A stretch of 1,832 nt of DNA from Naegleria gruberi (Eukaryota): NCBI GenBank assembly GCA_000004985.1, contig GG739320.1, one strand, 5' to 3'. The position numbers were made by a program, and so were the translations under genes. This document shows positions 1-1,832 of the stretch, in pieces; within the stretch, counting starts at the first letter, position 1; every line of letters starts with the position of its first letter. Below the pieces are notes generated by a model, which worked only from the letters and a program-made list of their open reading frames with translations, was not told the DNA's origin and searched no databases.

Positions 1-343
1 CTTCCCAAGCATAAGGACGTTGGTATTCAGGAATAGAATAGCACAATTCAAAAAGATTGTCAATTGCTCTATTGTTGGTGGTCAACTCACAAGCTCTTCT
101 TTCAGAGGCAACTATCTTTGGTCTTGGAGGAACAGGTGGACTGAATGTGAGTGGAGAATCTGTTGAAAATGGAAGAGAGGTATCACTCTTAGAGCTTGAT
201 GGAGTTGCTGGTTGTGAAGAAGTGGAAGGAGTACTGGCAATAATGGTTTGTTCCTTCTTGGTCTTCTTCTTGTCTTTCTTTGGGGTAATGTCAGAGCTTG
301 TCTCTGGTGTTTTTCTCTTCTTGTCTTTCTTTTCAGCAGGCAT
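1..343 (-). CDS. 5' end (first 114 codons) of a protein gene that continues beyond the window start. Residues 1-75 form a Lys/Ser/Thr/Pro-rich basic tail with NLS-like motifs. Residues 76-114 open a DUF262 / GmrSD-N-like (ParB-fold) domain with the motif IPEYQRPYAW.
   Basis: My own reverse-complement translation from ATG 343..341 gives MPAEKKDKKRKTPETSSDITPKKDKKKTKKEQTIIASTPSTSSQPATPSSSKSDTSLPFSTDSPLTFSPPVPPRPKIVASERRACELTTNNRAIDNLFELCYSIPEYQRPYAWE. The frame is open from position 1 to an upstream in-frame stop at 383..385, and 343 is the first in-frame ATG. The plus strand here is strongly T/G-skewed, i.e. the minus strand is A/C-rich Lys/Glu/Thr codons. No CTG codons are present, so the translation holds under either the standard code or the CTG-clade code. 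The domain call rests on recalled similarity to the DUF262 N-terminal consensus (F-x-IP-x-[YF]-QR-x-Y-x-W). Confidence 0.7.
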   Translation of the reverse strand, partial: MPAEKKDKKRKTPETSSDITPKKDKKKTKKEQTIIASTPSTSSQPATPSSSKSDTSLPFSTDSPLTFSPPVPPRPKIVASERRACELTTNNRAIDNLFELCYSIPEYQRPYAWE

Positions 344-733
344 GGAGATGTCTTGCAATGATTTTTTTGATTTTGAAAAGTGTTAAACAACCATTATGAT
401 TGAAGTTTAAAAGATGTGATGTACCCATCAAAAATACTTTTAAGTTTACAACAAGACAACTCGTCAAGAAAAACCATCACAGCAAAAAAATGGTTGACCA
501 GTATTTAATAACGTTTGCTTGAACCAATTGGTCATGGTAGTTCCAAAAAAAGTGTGAATTTCGCCTTTATTTTTATCTTTAAAATTTTAGGTGGGTAATC
601 ATTACTGATTATCTTGATACAATCTTGATGTAATTAAACATAATTTTTACCATATAAACTAGATGTTATTTAGTACCTGTTATGTTAATAGTGTGTATTA
701 AAAAACAAAAATGAAATAAAGAGAAACAAAAGC
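344..733 (-). promoter_or_regulatory. Pol II promoter / 5' intergenic region of the DUF262-like gene. Contains poly(dA:dT) tracts, a palindromic double CCAAT site (ACCAATTGGT, 523..532) flanked by a TGACCA/TGGTCA inverted pair, GATA-type repeats (607..630) and TATA-like A/T blocks (566..585, 643..648).
   Basis: A7 tracts at 482..488 and 545..551. The 10-bp perfect palindrome accaattggt presents CCAAT on both strands about 180 bp upstream of the ATG. TGACCA at 495..500 pairs with TGGTCA at 528..533. ATCTTGAT is directly repeated at 611..618 and 622..629, carrying GATA/GATAA cores. These are motif-level observations only. Confidence 0.3.
701..731 (-). terminator. RNA polymerase III terminator: oligo-T runs immediately downstream of the tRNA 3' end.
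   Basis: Minus-strand sequence after the discriminator reads GC TTTT G TTT CTC TTT A TTT CA TTTTT G TTTTT. There is a T4 two nt past the tRNA end, then two T5 runs (plus 707..711 and 701..705). Confidence 0.7.
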
Positions 734-814
734 TGCAGAAGGTGGGATTTGAACCCACGAAGCTTGCGCAGTAGAACTTGAGTCTACCCCCTTTGACCAC
801 TCGGGAACCCCTGC
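734..814 (-). tRNA. tRNA-Leu (anticodon CAA), class II with a long variable arm, intronless, no encoded CCA.
   Basis: The minus-strand sequence GCAGGGG TT CCC GAGTGGTCAAA GGG G GTAGA CTCAAGT TCTAC TGCGCAAGCTTC GTGGG TTCAAAT CCCAC CTTCTGC A folds as a cloverleaf. Acceptor stem is 7 bp (two G-U pairs), D stem 3 bp, anticodon stem 5 bp perfect with a 7-nt loop carrying CAA at 780..778 and G37, T stem 5 bp with T loop TTCAAAT, and a 12-nt variable arm containing a GC-GCAA-GC mini-hairpin. Discriminator A. Confidence 0.93.
745..755 (-). promoter_or_regulatory. Pol III internal promoter B box (GGTTCAAATCC) of the tRNA-Leu gene. The A box (TTCCCGAGTGG) lies at about 797..807.
   Basis: Matches the eukaryotic B-box consensus GGTTCGANTCC and the A-box consensus TRGCNNAGTGG, at the canonical positions within the tRNA. 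Confidence 0.8.
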
Positions 815-818
815 TTCA

Positions 819-869
819 CATTCAACTAGTTTATGAACTAGTTCACTATTGAAACAGTTCATGTTGAAT
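819..869. repeat. Nested palindrome cluster immediately upstream (-5 to -55) of the tRNA-Leu start. It contains a 12-bp perfect palindrome TGAACTAGTTCA (834..845), an 8-bp palindrome AACTAGTT (824..831), and outer inverted arms TTCAAC (821..826) / GTTGAA (864..869) and ATGAAC (833..838) / GTTCAT (857..862).
   Basis: Read directly from the sequence. The repeated unit is GAAC-TAG-TTC. Confidence 0.5.
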
Positions 870-1083
870 AATAAAAACAAGTCAAAAAAAGAATGGGTAT
901 TAGCAGATGTAATGGCACCTATAGAACGTGAATTGGTATTTATCACCAACCCTCTACAACATAGACACGAAATTCTATTGATCGTCGGGAACGGGTCGAG
1001 CTGTCTTTTAGGACCTAACTAGACCAGCAATAGAAGATCTTGATATCGGTTTAATACTTGGGTTATTTTACACCCTGAAGTTT

Positions 1084-1206
1084 TGCCTTCACCAAATTCA
1101 CAACAATAAATTGTGGTTTGCTCTCATTTTCCATTATCTTGTGAATAATCACTTGAATTGTTGTAAAGAAAACCAAGCAAGGTGCTAAGAGAGTTTGGTG
1201 AAGGCA
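1084..1206. repeat. 13-bp perfect inverted repeat (TGCCTTCACCAAA at 1084..1096, TTTGGTGAAGGCA at 1194..1206) bracketing a 97-bp AT-rich spacer. Possible MITE-like or foldback element, or a structured RNA/DNA hairpin.
   Basis: Exact reverse-complement match read directly from the sequence. It extends to 15 bp with one mismatch. A chance 13-bp perfect IR within 100 bp is improbable in 1.8 kb. Confidence 0.55.
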
Positions 1207-1497
1207 CGTCAAGAATATGTGAAAAAATATATTAAATCAATGAACAATATCTTACTATCTTATTTAAAAGTTTAAATCAATAAACAAGATTTCATTATTT
1301 TGTTTTGGCTTGGAAAAATAGTTCAAAAATATTGGCAACACAATCAACAAATTCTTAGAGTTTTCACACATCTTAACTCCAAGAATTTTTCCCCACATTC
1401 ATCATCATGATTTGGAAATTATTTTATTATTCAAGTTGGTAAACCATCATCGGAACAACTACCAATCATCACCATGTAATATTATTTGTGGAAAAAT

Positions 1498-1572
1498 CTG
1501 AAAATAGTGAAATTCAATATTTTCACTAAAATCATCATTACCAGATTCATATAATAATTGAATTAGTGAAAT
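1498..1572 (-). other. 3'-UTR stem-loop (8-bp stem TAGTGAAA/TTTCACTA, 8-nt loop, 1505..1528) built from the 8-mer TAGTGAAA, which occurs three times: 1505..1512 (+), 1521..1528 (inverted), and 1564..1571 (+) overlapping the stop codon.
   Basis: Read directly from the sequence. The hairpin lies 35-58 nt downstream of the TAA of the 1563..1832 gene in its transcript sense. A/T-rich context (TATATG, ATTATTA) is consistent with a yeast 3'-end formation region. Confidence 0.4.
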
Positions 1573-1832
1573 CTCGGATTTCCATACCTTTCAAAGGCTA
1601 CCTTCACAGCAACAACCTTTCCTTTATCTAACTTGTACAAACAAGGATAAATTCCATCTCCAATTGCAGTAGAAGAGTAAACACCAAATGGAAACATGGT
1701 GCAATCATCATTTTGGTTTTCAGCCATGATTTGCAGAATTGCATCCTTCCACTCTAAACTTTCTTGATTGGTATTCTTGAACAAATTATTATCTTCATAC
1801 TTGTCTCCATCAATGAATCCAATTCCATGATC
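1563..1832 (-). CDS. 3' end (89 codons plus TAA stop at 1565..1563) of a protein gene whose 5' part lies beyond the window end. Hypothetical protein of unidentified family.
   Basis: The minus frame is open from the window edge: DHGIGFIDGDKYEDNNLFKNTNQESLEWKDAILQIMAENQNDDCTMFPFGVYSSTAIGDGIYPCLYKLDKGKVVAVKVAFERYGNPRFH*. The supplied 73-aa ORF begins at a TTG (plus CAA at 1782..1784) shown as M, and the true frame continues upstream. Composition looks protein-like and non-repetitive. Confidence 0.6.
   Translation of the reverse strand, partial: DHGIGFIDGDKYEDNNLFKNTNQESLEWKDAILQIMAENQNDDCTMFPFGVYSSTAIGDGIYPCLYKLDKGKVVAVKVAFERYGNPRFH

Noticed and set aside
57-386. Supplied plus-strand ORF of 109 aa (MSIALLLVVNSQALL...).
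   Set aside because: It lies antisense to the Lys/Glu/Thr-rich minus-strand gene. Its Phe/Leu/Val/Gly-rich low-complexity product is the expected shadow of AAG/AAA/GAA-rich codons on the opposite strand. The minus frame is open to the window edge and ends in a recognisable domain motif, while this ORF does neither.
112-390. Supplied minus-strand ORF of 92 aa (MFNTFQNQKNHCKTSPCLLKRKTRREKHQRQ...).
   Set aside because: Its listed start at 390 is a TTG (plus CAA at 388..390), not an ATG. It is the +1 frame of the same Lys-codon-rich region, which produces Arg/Gln repeats, and it terminates at 112. The alternative frame from ATG 343 stays open through position 1 and yields the IPEYQRPYAW motif.
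591-606. 11-bp odd palindrome GTAATCATTAC in the promoter.
   Set aside because: Short, A/T-rich and expected by chance in this composition. It is recorded only as part of the promoter description.
698-949. Supplied minus-strand ORF of 83 aa overlapping the tRNA.
   Set aside because: It reads straight through the tRNA-Leu gene and the Pol III terminator. The translation (..EWSKGVDSSSTAQASWVQIPP..) is simply the tRNA sequence in protein space, with no independent support.
866-1100. Solo LTR or retrotransposon remnant upstream of the tRNA gene.
   Set aside because: tRNA 5' flanks are classic LTR targets in yeasts. However, I could not find TG...CA termini with a flanking 5-bp target-site duplication, or any long direct repeat, in this stretch. 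Without a database comparison the call is unsupported.
1390-1420. Possible C/D-box snoRNA (minus-strand ATGATGA, a C-box-like motif).
   Set aside because: No D box (CUGA) at an appropriate distance on the same strand, no terminal stem and no guide-like region. ATGATGA alone is frequent in AT-rich DNA.

Overview
AT-rich, intron-poor DNA that looks like yeast nuclear sequence (ascomycete-type tRNA gene with no encoded CCA, followed by oligo-T; poly(dA:dT) promoter tracts; Lys/Ser/Thr-rich low-complexity coding). All three genes are on the minus strand. (1) 1..343 is the 5' end of a protein gene (ATG at 343..341; the reading frame is open to the window edge). It encodes a ~75-aa Lys/Ser/Thr/Pro-rich tail with two NLS-like clusters (KKDKKRK, KKDKKKTKK), followed by ...LFELCYSIPEYQRPYAWE, which reads like the N-terminal signature of the prokaryotic DUF262 / GmrSD-N (ParB/sulfiredoxin-fold) defence-nuclease domain. 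(2) 734..814 is an intronless class-II tRNA-Leu(CAA) with A/B boxes and downstream T-runs at 701..731. (3) 1563..1832 is the 3' end (89 codons plus stop) of an unidentified protein gene. The two intergenic regions carry several discrete structures: a nested palindrome cluster directly upstream of the tRNA start, a 13-bp perfect inverted repeat bracketing 97 bp, a 3'-UTR hairpin built from a thrice-repeated 8-mer, a GC-rich patch with CGG repeats, and a palindromic double-CCAAT site in the promoter of gene 1. The most interesting item is the apparent bacterial-type DUF262 domain carrying a eukaryotic nuclear-localisation tail, sitting next to a tRNA gene. The supplied ORFs 57..386(+), 112..390(-) and 698..949(-) are judged spurious.
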